DNA from: Octopus bimaculoides
Taxonomy: Eukaryota
Reading direction: 5' to 3'
DNA length: 47,511 nt
Assembly: GCF_001194135.2 (NCBI RefSeq)
Contig: NC_068986.1
Coordinates: 102,380,942-102,428,452 of the forward strand
Shown here: positions 36,900 through 47,511 of the stretch, piece by piece
How the letters are laid out: each line of letters opens with the position of its first letter
Numbering within the stretch: position 1 is the first letter of the stretch
Made by a program: the position numbers and the translations under genes
Notes under the pieces: model-generated
Databases searched by the model: none
What the model was told of the DNA's origin: nothing
What the model saw: only the letters and a program-made list of their open reading frames with translations

Positions 36900-37217
36900 A
36901 GTTCTATATTTAAGATATGAGAAAATTATGTACGTTATTTACATTATTTTATATTATTTACATTTGACGGATATTTGTCCGCATCTTGTTTTTTGTTAGC
37001 ACAACGTTTCGGCTGATATACTCTCCAGCCATCATCAGGTGTCTTGGGGAAATTTCAAACCTGGGTTTTCATTCCTAAGGTATTTTTCGATGTTATAATA
37101 ATAATAACAATAATAATAATTAGTATCATCGTTATTATTATTATTATTCAGCTCACTGCCTGGAATCGAACTCGGAATCTAGGGGTTACTAGCCCACGCT
37201 CTTAAATACTACGCCAT
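36900..37217 (-). mobile_element. Composite short retroelement: tRNA-Thr-like head + (AAT)n + hammerhead-containing Penelope-type body (family 1)
   Basis: Reverse complement atggcgtagtatttaagagcgtgggCTAGTAAcccctagattccGAGTTCGATTCCaggcagtgagctg-(aat)n-aacatcgaaaaataccttagg...gacacCTGATGAtggctg...cagccGAAACGTTgtg...cttaaatatagaact. Confidence 0.85.
36998..37043 (-). ncRNA. Type-I minimal hammerhead motif with an intact catalytic core
   Basis: GACAC CUGAUGA U GGCUG GAGAGUAUAU CAGCC GAAAC GUU GUGCU. The core is intact, stem II has 5 bp, the cleavage triplet is GUU, stem III is the loop-less ACGU and helix I has one mismatch. Confidence 0.7.
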
Positions 37218-37701
37218 ACAAAACAAGATGAGGACAAATACCCGTCAAACGTAAATAAGGTAAATCTATATTTGGAAAAAAAAACATTGCATTAGCATTA
37301 TTTGCTCCAGACAACAAAAAATATTTTGAATATTTCACTTCTCAAAATGAAGAAAAATAATGTTTCCCTTTTGAATAAATTAGGATTTATGGCCTCTTGT
37401 AAAAAATAACATATAACGCGGCTGATGTGAGAGGACACACATTTGTAGAATCAATGTTGAAGAGCATCAAAGAACTAGGAAGATATTCTTTGTTCTACCA
37501 TGTAAATTACCCTTAAAAAAAATTCAAATATGACGACAAAAATAGGGCGATGCAACACAGTTGAAAGTCACCATTCAGGATGAATGGAGGTCGATTTCAT
37601 CGGTTATATGAAGGAATTTCGTTGACTCTATGCCCAGAAGATTTAATTCAGACATTGAAAGCAAGAGCGGTCACACTAAATATTGAATATAGCCAATTAT
37701 A

Positions 37702-37937
37702 CTTTTATTCTTTACGCTTTACTCTTTTACTTGTTTCAGTCATTTGATTGTGGCCATGCTGGAGCACCGCAAATCGACCCCAGGACTTATTCTTTGGAAG
37801 CCTAGTACTTATTCTATCGGTCCCTTTTTGCCGAACCGCTAAGTTATGGGGACGTAAACACACCAGCATCGGTTGTCAAGCGATGTTGGGGGGACAAACA
37901 CAGACACACAAACATATACACACACATACATACATAC
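37702..37937 (-). mobile_element. 3' half of SINE family A (the internal microsatellite runs into the gap)
   Basis: ttttacttgtttcagtcatttga..ggccatgctggagcaccgc...ggggacgtaaacacaccagcatcggttgtcaagcgatgttg is the reverse complement of the 15760 copy. Confidence 0.92.
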
Positions 37938-38937
37938 NNNNNNNNNNNNNNNNNNNNNNNNNNNNNNNNNNNNNNNNNNNNNNNNNNNNNNNNNNNNNNN
38001 NNNNNNNNNNNNNNNNNNNNNNNNNNNNNNNNNNNNNNNNNNNNNNNNNNNNNNNNNNNNNNNNNNNNNNNNNNNNNNNNNNNNNNNNNNNNNNNNNNNN
38101 NNNNNNNNNNNNNNNNNNNNNNNNNNNNNNNNNNNNNNNNNNNNNNNNNNNNNNNNNNNNNNNNNNNNNNNNNNNNNNNNNNNNNNNNNNNNNNNNNNNN
38201 NNNNNNNNNNNNNNNNNNNNNNNNNNNNNNNNNNNNNNNNNNNNNNNNNNNNNNNNNNNNNNNNNNNNNNNNNNNNNNNNNNNNNNNNNNNNNNNNNNNN
38301 NNNNNNNNNNNNNNNNNNNNNNNNNNNNNNNNNNNNNNNNNNNNNNNNNNNNNNNNNNNNNNNNNNNNNNNNNNNNNNNNNNNNNNNNNNNNNNNNNNNN
38401 NNNNNNNNNNNNNNNNNNNNNNNNNNNNNNNNNNNNNNNNNNNNNNNNNNNNNNNNNNNNNNNNNNNNNNNNNNNNNNNNNNNNNNNNNNNNNNNNNNNN
38501 NNNNNNNNNNNNNNNNNNNNNNNNNNNNNNNNNNNNNNNNNNNNNNNNNNNNNNNNNNNNNNNNNNNNNNNNNNNNNNNNNNNNNNNNNNNNNNNNNNNN
38601 NNNNNNNNNNNNNNNNNNNNNNNNNNNNNNNNNNNNNNNNNNNNNNNNNNNNNNNNNNNNNNNNNNNNNNNNNNNNNNNNNNNNNNNNNNNNNNNNNNNN
38701 NNNNNNNNNNNNNNNNNNNNNNNNNNNNNNNNNNNNNNNNNNNNNNNNNNNNNNNNNNNNNNNNNNNNNNNNNNNNNNNNNNNNNNNNNNNNNNNNNNNN
38801 NNNNNNNNNNNNNNNNNNNNNNNNNNNNNNNNNNNNNNNNNNNNNNNNNNNNNNNNNNNNNNNNNNNNNNNNNNNNNNNNNNNNNNNNNNNNNNNNNNNN
38901 NNNNNNNNNNNNNNNNNNNNNNNNNNNNNNNNNNNNN
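37938..38937. other. Assembly gap (1000 n, probably a placeholder size)
   Basis: Run of n. Confidence 1.
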
Positions 38938-38945
38938 GAGAGAGA

Positions 38946-39019
<74 letters not shown>

Positions 39020-39022
39020 GAG
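38938..39022. repeat. (GA)n microsatellite
   Basis: Direct tandem units. Confidence 0.95.
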
Positions 39023-39749
39023 ATGGACGGATGTATATAGGGCAGGCATATTAATTTTCTATATGCGTATTTGTTATAATGTAATGTACTGTATATTAAC
39101 TTAAGCTACAGAGAACTTAATGTAAAGAAAAATAATCATTTCGAAAAACGAAGACAATTCGAACAAACTTTAAACGTATATAAAAAACGTTTCATTGTAC
39201 AACTCTCCTTATAAATTCTCCTTACACATTATCTTTTTCAATCGAAATTTTAAGCGAAGTTTTCTTGAAATTTTTTTTACTTGCAAAATTTCCAATAACA
39301 TAGTGTACATTTGAAGTCACATTTCTTAAATTATATATAATTTGTATTTTTCACCGAACAATTTTTTTATTCTTACTTTTCGATACTATGCTTACATCTG
39401 AATCTTGCAAGAGAAAAATATAAAATAAAATATTGCATAAATAAGGTGAGTCACAAAAAAAAAATAGATGACTAAAGAGATATATATAGAAGACGAAATT
39501 TCACAGTGATATTAGTAAACTAATAAATAGTACAACGGTTATATATGTCTGAAATGTGTTAGTCTCACAGATACATTCAAAACTGTGATAGCCTTTTGTT
39601 GAAGAATCTAAATTGTTACAAATTCTTATCTTAACAATTTCTTTCGTCCTTAAATTTATCAATATACCTTCCTCCATTTGTCATTATTAAATATGGAAAT
39701 GATAATAATAATCATACTTTCTGCTGTCGGCAGAAGTTTCGAAATATGA

Positions 39750-39870
39750 GGATGGGGTTATCGATTAATTCGACCCCAGTACTTGACTAGTACACATTCT
39801 ATCGACCAGAAAATGATGAAAGGAAAAGTCTATCTCGGCGGAATCTGAACCAAGAACCGCCTCCACCTCA
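39750..39870 (-). mobile_element. SINE family B fragment
   Basis: tcgattaattcgaccccagtacttgactagtac...gatgaaaggaaaagtctatctcggcggaatctgaacc. Confidence 0.8.
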
Positions 39871-39984
39871 CTAAATTTAGTGTGGACGTCAAGATGGAAT
39901 TTGGGCATCGCAAAAGCAGTAGTTTTACATTTCCGGAGCACACACATTCCGGAGAAACACATGCATAATCACACTAGTTTTAGT

Positions 39985-40870
39985 TACCAAACTAAAAGAA
40001 TTAGGAACCTAGGTCAGACATACGTCTTTAGATATGCGTGAAGGAGTTGGAAATACGCATTCACTAATATAGGAAAAGATAAGGAAGGTATGCTATCGTA
40101 GTGTATGTAAGAGCCGATCTGAAAACTAAACTGAATGCAAGAAACATAATTGACGCCTTGAACTCCTTAGGTATGAGTTTCAATATTATTAACTAAAATT
40201 TGCGATACCAGAGTTGACTGAAATACGCAATTTGATCATAATGTAACTCATTGAAAAGCAGACATTGATGTATTATACCTTTTGAGAAAAGAAATGGTTT
40301 GGGAGTTAATAGAAATGTGTACTTCATTGAAAATTGCAAACATGGTAGTTGTTTACTACCTACAATGAACAAAATGCTGGAAACATAGGCAGTTTATGAA
40401 AGATGAAAGTACCAAATGCTACAATAAGTGATAAGAAATGCACTAATACATCTTTGAGAAATTCATTTGCATTAACCATAATGTGAACGAAAATATATCC
40501 CCAACTGAAAAGGCAGACGATATAGGAGCTAAAGCCAAACAAACCAGCCTACAACTCATAAAAATGAAACAGTATCAAAAACCACTTAATGGCAAATACG
40601 CGATTTGACTAAACCTTCATAACATAGACCAAACACTTGCCCATCTGTGAGAAGTATCTTTTCTTCTCAAGCCAGAAATACTTAGTATTAGTGAACATTG
40701 ATGTTGAAAAGTTGAAAAGGATAGAAGTTGCAGCCACAGCTGCAAACACGTCTGGAAACTTCTGAGGAATTGAGCAAATACAAGGATTTAGAGATAGAAA
40801 TCACAGAATTGTAGCATCACAAAGCAATATTGCATATTGGTACTGGAATGAAACACAAGATCATATCGTA
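39985..40870 (+). mobile_element. Decayed, internally deleted R4/Dong-like LINE (RT C-terminal part to RLE)
   Basis: Motifs in order across frameshifts: IRNLGQTY, EGVGNTHSLI*EKIRK, KTKLNARNIIDALNS..SFNIIN*, DIDVLYLLRKE, KAKQTSLQL..QKPLNGKY, LSKYKDLEIEITEL* and ILHIGTG..KIIS*. Confidence 0.75.
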
Positions 40871-41787
40871 AGTTCTCTGGGGCTGGCTAGAGCAACAACT
40901 CAGCCATCCTTCAGCTGTTTCTTAAGCCAAATCATTTGACAGAATTATCAAACTGCAACTGCAGTGTGTTGACCATGTGGTACAAGGACAAGATTCTAGC
41001 TCATCTAAAGCTCTCTTTTGGTGTCATTATTTTCTGGAGTAATTTTAACTCTTTTGCCAAGGCTTGCGTCCGCCAACTGATACGTTTGAATGACACAGTG
41101 TAGACGTGTGTGCATACATGCACGAGTATACCAAAAACTTAGTAACCGGAAGGAACTGGCTGGCTACATCCTATTGGAGGAGCTCTTGCTAACAAGTGGT
41201 CACAGACTTTGAGGTATCACGATCAGTAACCTTATAGAGAAAAAAAGTTCACTATAAACATGGTCAGATGTGTCAAGAATTAAAAAAAAAACACTACTGC
41301 CACATCTTATACTTTCATTTACTTTCCTCTCAATAGACTGATTATTTCATGTATGTTGTTGCTATCAGTATTCATGCCTGTTATAGATAATTCTAAGTAA
41401 TTTGATCGTCTTATTATCATTGATACTTACGTAAATTCCAGGTGAGCAGAACGTATTCCCATTTTTACTTCCATTCCTATATTTTTGTTCAGTTGCTTTG
41501 CAATAAGTTCATAAATTGGTTTGTTCATGTTACTCGTTGTTCACCCCAATTATTTTATCCGTTGAATAGTATCTCACATGTATTTAGCGAATGATATTAA
41601 ATTCTACTCTACATCGGTACTTGCGCGTGTTGTCCTAACCTGCGAATGGAATATTTCCAGTATAGCTATATACAATATTATTATCCTTTTTGGTTGTCTA
41701 TGTTCAGCCTTTCTGATTAAATAAGCATTTTTCTCCTACATAATCTTGTAGCTGAATTAAGTTTTGTTTATATTATTGGCTTCAATT

Positions 41788-41989
41788 TCTGGTACAGGTC
41801 CCGTAATTTCGGAGGAGGCGGTAAGACGATTATATCGGCCCCAATGCTCAACTGGTAATTATTTTATCGATCATGTAGGATGAAAGGCAAAGTCGACCAT
41901 CGGCAGGATTTGAACTCAATACGTTCAGACCGACCGAATGTAGCTAAGCATTTTGTCCAGAGCGCTAACGATTCTACTAGATTTCCGCC
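41788..41989 (-). mobile_element. SINE family B copy
   Basis: ...gatgaaaggcaaagtcgacc..ggatttgaactc...gctaagcattttgtccagagcgctaacgattctac...ccgcc. Confidence 0.85.
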
Positions 41990-42448
41990 TTAATTTCCTT
42001 TATAATATTGATAAAAATGTTTGAAAGGCCTCGGAGAATTGTAGTACAAGTGTGTAGTTCCAGTAAAATAGCTATGGCAAAAGAGATCTGCACTTTTCTT
42101 TTGATATATTCAGAAATGTGTGTCGAAAACACATGCTTTATGGGTGATTTCATATGTTTTGTCCGTAAGACTTATTTTCTTATCCTAAAATCATATATCA
42201 AATCCAATTCGATCATTTTCTGTAACTTTAAATATTTATAATTTCGAATGAAGAATTTCTTATATTCAATATTTTTTCTCATCAGCTTTTTTTTTTTTTC
42301 GTTTTCTTTCTCTAATTTCCTCAACGCTTGATTCTGTCAGGATTTGAATTTACATTTTCACTTGAGATAGCACTATCATCATGACATATGTATCTTCTTA
42401 TTTGTTCTATGAAATGTTGCTATACACACACACACACACACACACACA

Positions 42449-42802
42449 NNNNNNNNNNNNNNNNNNNNNNNNNNNNNNNNNNNNNNNNNNNNNNNNNNNN
42501 NNNNNNNNNNNNNNNNNNNNNNNNNNNNNNNNNNNNNNNNNNNNNNNNNNNNNNNNNNNNNNNNNNNNNNNNNNNNNNNNNNNNNNNNNNNNNNNNNNNN
42601 NNNNNNNNNNNNNNNNNNNNNNNNNNNNNNNNNNNNNNNNNNNNNNNNNNNNNNNNNNNNNNNNNNNNNNNNNNNNNNNNNNNNNNNNNNNNNNNNNNNN
42701 NNNNNNNNNNNNNNNNNNNNNNNNNNNNNNNNNNNNNNNNNNNNNNNNNNNNNNNNNNNNNNNNNNNNNNNNNNNNNNNNNNNNNNNNNNNNNNNNNNNN
42801 NN
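42449..42802. other. Assembly gap (N run)
   Basis: Run of n. Confidence 1.
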
Positions 42803-43529
42803 TATATATATATATATATATGTATATATATTTATACATATTCGTTTAATGGTTGTAATTTTCTGGAATTATGTATTCCGTTGGAAAACGAACAATTACT
42901 ATGAATGTTAATTTCAGGTAGAAAATCCGCTTTACACATCACCATTGAGCTAAAGAATTACTTTGAAATTTGCGATATGAATACCGTGTTGCAAATAGTG
43001 AGTGTCGTTTTAGCAACCATATACATTTAAGAAACGTAAATGTTATTGATTTCTAATAAACAAAGTTATAAGTCATTCAGAATAAAAAAAAAACAATATC
43101 TACCCTCGAGACAATTCTTTAATGAAGCTACCAGTTATTATACTATCAATCACACATTTAATTTCATTGAATATATTTGTTAGTATTTGTGAATATCTTT
43201 ATTGGAACATAAATTTATATATCAGCTCATTGTTTCTATATTACAATTCGCGTAATATTGTTTCGTGTTTTATATGAAAATATGTTTTAAAAGAAGGCCA
43301 TAATCGTTCTAAACCTCTAACAATCCATTATTATAGAATGGTAGTAACTTTAATGATATATATACATCACCATAATGTATTTGGACTGAGAACTAAATCC
43401 TTCCACTTTAAATCTACTTGTATATGGAAACTGACTTATGTGATTGTTTCTAACAGGGTATGTATATATTACAGAACTGCCTAACCTGTTACTATTTATG
43501 TTTTATTTAATTCCACAATAGTATCCTGT

Positions 43530-43633
43530 ATAACTGCACACGCACACATGCACAAATTCAGACACGTACACACACATGCACCAGGCACACACAATCATAT
43601 GCACACTCTCCATTCATGCACATATGTATTTAA

Positions 43634-43687
<54 letters not shown>

Positions 43688-43780
43688 TCATTTATATATA
43701 TATATATATTTATTTATTTATATGTACGTATATAAATACCAACACACACATACACACACACGCACATGCACTCACATGTT

Positions 43781-43825
<45 letters not shown>

Positions 43826-43856
43826 ATGCGTGTGCGTGTATGTATGTATGTATATG
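43530..43856. repeat. (CA)/(TA)/(TG) compound microsatellite
   Basis: Direct tandem units. Confidence 0.9.
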
Positions 43857-43879
43857 ATAGAACGCTAACCACTACACAT

Positions 43880-44020
43880 TCTTTCTTTCTCTCCTTGCTT
43901 CTTTCCGTGTTCCATTCTGTGGAAGAGCGTAGGCTCGAAACGTTAAAGACTTATTCACTTCCCGAGCGTTATACTAATACATCTGTTTGTTTTCTGCACC
44001 ACCTGTCTTCGTCTTTCATT
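43880..44020 (+). mobile_element. Short repeat family 2 with a hammerhead-like motif
   Basis: ttctgtggaagagcgtaggctcgaaacgttaaagactt..cacttcccgagcgtta.actaatacatc, a second copy of 29080-29179. Confidence 0.7.
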
Positions 44021-44179
44021 AAAAAAAAAATTGTTTTTATGAATTGTCCCCCTATATACATACATAAACAATGCGGTTTCCTCAATTGCATGAACTAAAA
44101 GTCGGAGCGGGACAGAATAAATCACTTGCATCTACTTGCTATAAAATCAGGTAGTAATTTTATCTTGTACTTATTCTTA

Positions 44180-44239
44180 GTACTACTACTACATGCTTCT
44201 GCTGCTACTGCCCCGCCTCCTCCTCCAAATGCTGCTGCA

Positions 44240-44306
<67 letters not shown>

Positions 44307-44330
44307 TTTATTTAGTTATTATTATTCTAA
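44180..44330. repeat. (CTA)n compound microsatellite
   Basis: Direct tandem units. Confidence 0.95.
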
Positions 44331-44432
44331 TATTATATACAAAAGCATGTTAAATAAGAGTTAGGACAAATTTCCTTAGATATTGAGGAACTGTCTGCTC
44401 TGGCATGACGTTGCGAATAGTGTATTATTATT

Positions 44433-44627
44433 GAGTTAGCAGAGTCGCTAGCACGCTGGGCAAAAAGCTTTGCAGTATTGCGCCCGTAACTACGTTCTGA
44501 GTTCAAATTCCGCTGAGGTTGACTTCACCTTTCATCCTTTTGGGGTCGATAAATAAAGTACCCGTTGCGTTTTGGGATCGATATAATTGACTCCCCTTAT
44601 ATTTCAGGACTTGTGCCCATAGTAGAA

Positions 44628-44630
<3 letters not shown>
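44433..44630 (+). mobile_element. SINE family B copy ending in an (ATT)n tail
   Basis: B box GAGTTCAAATTCC, core cctttcatccttttggggtcgataaataaagtacc and tail gtgcccatagtagaatatt. Confidence 0.88.
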
Positions 44631-44703
<73 letters not shown>

Positions 44704-44752
44704 GTTGTTGTTATTATTATTGTTGTTGTTGTTGTTGTCGTCGTCGTCGTCA
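44628..44752. repeat. (ATT)n(GTT)n(GTC)n microsatellite
   Basis: Direct tandem units. Confidence 0.95.
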
Positions 44753-44756
44753 TCAA

Positions 44757-44940
44757 GGCAGTGAACTGACAGAAACATTAGCACACCGGGTGAAATGCTT
44801 GCCGATTATTCGGCCATCCCTACGTCTTGAGTTCAAATTTCACTGAGGTCGACTTTCCTTTTCATCCTTTCAGCGTCGATAAATTATGTACTAGTTGAGT
44901 CCTAGCTCGACGTAATCGTTTAGTACCCTCCCCACAAAGT
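44757..44940 (+). mobile_element. SINE family B copy
   Basis: ggcagtgaactgacagaaacattagcacaccgggtgaaatgc...GAGTTCAAATTTC...gaggtcgactttccttttcatcc. Confidence 0.88.
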
Positions 44941-44944
44941 TGAG

Positions 44945-45120
44945 GAGATAAATAGAGGGGACAAGGACAGACAGATGGACTAAGTCGATTACATCGACCC
45001 CAGAGCATAGCTGGAACTAATTGAATCAACTCCGAAAGTATGAAAGGCAAAGTTAGCCTGGGCAGATTTTGAACTCAGAACCTAGCGGCAGACGAAATAC
45101 CGTTAAGCATTTCACCCGGG
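44945..45120 (-). mobile_element. SINE family B copy, tail variant 1
   Basis: agaggggacaaggacagacag..gactaagtcgattacatcgacccc...tgaaaggcaaagt...tttgaactcagaac...aagcatttcacccgg. Confidence 0.88.
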
Positions 45121-45490
45121 CGGTGAGCTGAGAGTATCCTTAGAACACTGGGCGAAATGCTTGCCGGTAATTCGGCCGTCGCTACGTTCTGATTTCAAAT
45201 TTCACCGAGGTCGACTTTGTCTTTCGTACTTTCGGGGTCAATACATTAAATACCAGCGAAATACTGTGGTCGATGTAATCGACTTATCCTCCCTTCAAAA
45301 ATTGCAGGCCCTGTGCAGAATCTTTAACACGCTGGACGAAATTCTTAGCGGTGTTCCCCTGTCGCTACGTTCTGAGTTTAAATTCCACAGAGGTCGACTT
45401 GGCCTTTCATCCTTTTGGGATCGATAAATTAGATAGCAGTGAATCACTTGTGTCGATGGAATCGACTAGTCTCCTCCTTGAAAATTTTAG
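45121..45490 (+). mobile_element. Two tandem SINE family B copies (dimer-like)
   Basis: First unit cggtgagctg...caccgaggtcgac...gtcgatgtaatcgac. Second unit, from about 45318, gcagaatctttaacacgc...gagtttaaattcc...gtcgatggaatcgac. Confidence 0.85.
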
Positions 45491-46597
45491 TTGATTATTT
45501 CCAGTAGTCTTTATGCTAATACAAATGCGGATCCCATTACCATTAATATTGTTATTAATATAGCAATTTTCTATGGTGTCATGTTCATACACGATTTGAT
45601 ATAACTCATGAAAGTACGATGAAATCCATGAACTACGAAACCATAAAAATACTATAAAATTATAAAACCATAAGAAATATAATATAAAAACTGCATACGA
45701 AATTATCTATATGAAAGTAAGACGAAAGCCAAGACTATTTTCAAACACATGTTTTTTCTTGATTTCTCTTTTTCATTTGATTTCTTATTCATATTGTATT
45801 CTTTTTTTTTTTCGTCATATTTCAAAACAACATAAGTCTCATCCTGATCACCGCATTAAAAATCAAGCATTAAAAAATATAAAGCATACTCTTAGATATT
45901 TCAATACAATGTTGAAAGAGAATAAGAAGCCTACCAACGACTATTATTCAGGAAGTGAAAACCTCTGGATGTTTTTTCACTTTGTTTTGGACACAGGCCG
46001 TACATAGAAAGTAACGAAAGCCATTTAAACGGTAAATACGATTCACATTTGCATATGTGCTTTCCATGAAATGAGATTACAACTTTCAAAATGGTAGCAT
46101 CTCTTGACAAAACTTCACTAGATCTTAAACAGCGATTCCAATAGATGCAAAACAAGAAAACGGCCTCTCGACTTTGTATCACTATATTCACAGATGCTTG
46201 TCTCCCGCCATTCAAATGACAATAAGTAGTGGCGCTCATCGACAAAAGAATTGAGATCTCCTATATGCATCTCGGAATAAAGTATGTGTATATGCAGGAT
46301 GACTTGTGAAAAAACAGCGATGAATTAATTTGTGATACCGTTTCGCATATATCACGAGTTAATGTCTCAATTTTTGGAAAGGAAGCTCATGAATATCAGG
46401 GTAAAAGATTCTTGACTCATGATCACAATAAAATGGATAATCTCCAGGTGATTTTTATTACTTTTTTTTTTTTTTACAAGTACTCAGCTGGAAGCTCTCA
46501 AAGCTTCCTTAATTTCTAAACTGCACGTATTCGAAATTGCGTATCTGAGGAAAGTCTACGTAAGAGATTTCAGCTAATAGCGGGTCACTAAGAAGTT

Positions 46598-46810
46598 TAT
46601 ATCTTTTCTACTCTAGGCACAAGGCTCGAAATTTCCGGGGTGGGTGGGGGTCAGTCGATTAGATCGACACCAGTAGGAAACTGGTAGTTAATTTATCGAC
46701 GCCGAAAAAATGAAAGGCAAAGTTGACCTTGCGGAATTTAAAATCAGAACATAAAGATATACCACTAAGCAATTGGCCCGGCGTGCTAACGTTTGTGCCA
46801 TCTCGCCGCC
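46598..46810 (-). mobile_element. Full-length SINE family B copy, tail variant 2
   Basis: tcttttctactctaggcacaaggctcgaaattt...gtcgattagatcgac...tgaaaggcaaagttgacc...ggcgtgctaacgtttgtgccatctcgccgcc. Confidence 0.9.
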
Positions 46811-47334
46811 TTACAAGGAATTTTATATCAAACTAACGACGTAAGTAAATATGCTACTGCAAATATCCCTCGAAAAGCTTAACCGAAGAGCAGAGCAGAT
46901 GTGACATCGAGATAAGCTTTAATGCTACAAAACATCACAGCATAAGAATGTATGCAACTGCATAGCTTATTGCTTCGGCGTGTTATTATTTTGGTACACA
47001 TAATTCTGTAAACGGGTAAAGGAATGCATATCCATTTATACCTTAATAAAAACATGCATGCAGACATTTACATGTGGAGTTTTGAGTACTCGCCTGTGTG
47101 TATACGCATGTGGGTATATGTGCAGTCTCATTGCATGTGTCTCGCAACGTATACGTCCATATAGGTCTGTATACGTGTGTTTATTTATCGCTCCAAACGG
47201 GAAAGTATTGTTTGTATATTTTCGGTGGATTTTGAACCCGTTATGAAGTAAAACTGGAGAAGCTTAAAAGGATTGTCCTTATTTTAGTGATATAACTTTG
47301 CATTTCTTTGTTGAAAGACATGCGAACTAAACAC

Positions 47335-47511
47335 GCATGTACACACACACACACACTCACACACACACACACACGCACACACACACACACTCACACAAAC
47401 ACACAAACACACACACACATATATATATATACACATATATATATGCATCTATGTATATATATATATATGTGTGTGTGTGTCTATAGACGTATATGTATAT
47501 ATATATATATA
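47335..47511. repeat. (CA)n/(TA)n microsatellite
   Basis: Direct tandem units. Confidence 0.95.

Noticed and set aside
37148-37217. tRNA-like sequences (here and at the SINE heads) as real tRNA genes
   Set aside because: They lack complete acceptor stems and are embedded in repeat bodies. They are SINE heads, not tRNA genes.
37748-39054. The longest ORFs (about 400 aa) and other X-filled ORFs at 11908, 27762, 29078, 33330 and 42381
   Set aside because: They span N gaps and are artefacts.
45931-46245. 104-aa minus-strand ORF in unique sequence
   Set aside because: No recognisable domain, GTG start and no convincing splice context. Compatible with chance.
47312-47322. Partial matches to miR-71 (tgaaagacatg) and miR-7 (tggaagact at 26242)
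   Set aside because: Only 9-11 nt match, the remainder diverges and no precursor hairpin is evident.

Overview
AT-rich, microsatellite-dense animal genomic DNA with seven N-gaps, most of them flanked by simple repeats, as expected of a short-read assembly. The repeat content resembles an Octopus (coleoid cephalopod) genome; this is inferred from recalled repeat families, not from a search. No prokaryotic features are present and no host protein-coding gene can be recognised. Most of the longer ORFs in the supplied track are microsatellite or N-gap artefacts or decayed transposon remnants. The window is intronic or intergenic and contains three tRNA-derived SINE families (about 19 copies or fragments), two Tc1/mariner remnants, several R4/Dong-type (RLE) LINE fragments, RTE and CR1-like remnants, a Penelope GIY-YIG remnant and a tandem Helitron-like segment. 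The most interesting signal is a set of minimal type-I hammerhead-ribozyme motifs in short Penelope-associated repeats. One copy (36900-37217, minus) is a composite of a tRNA-Thr-like Pol III head, an (AAT)n linker and an intact-core hammerhead, with an inverted terminal fragment typical of Penelope-type integration. A CpG-rich, YY1-motif promoter-like patch (about 9200-9580) and several short splice-site-bounded exon candidates hint at an unannotated transcript but are unproven.
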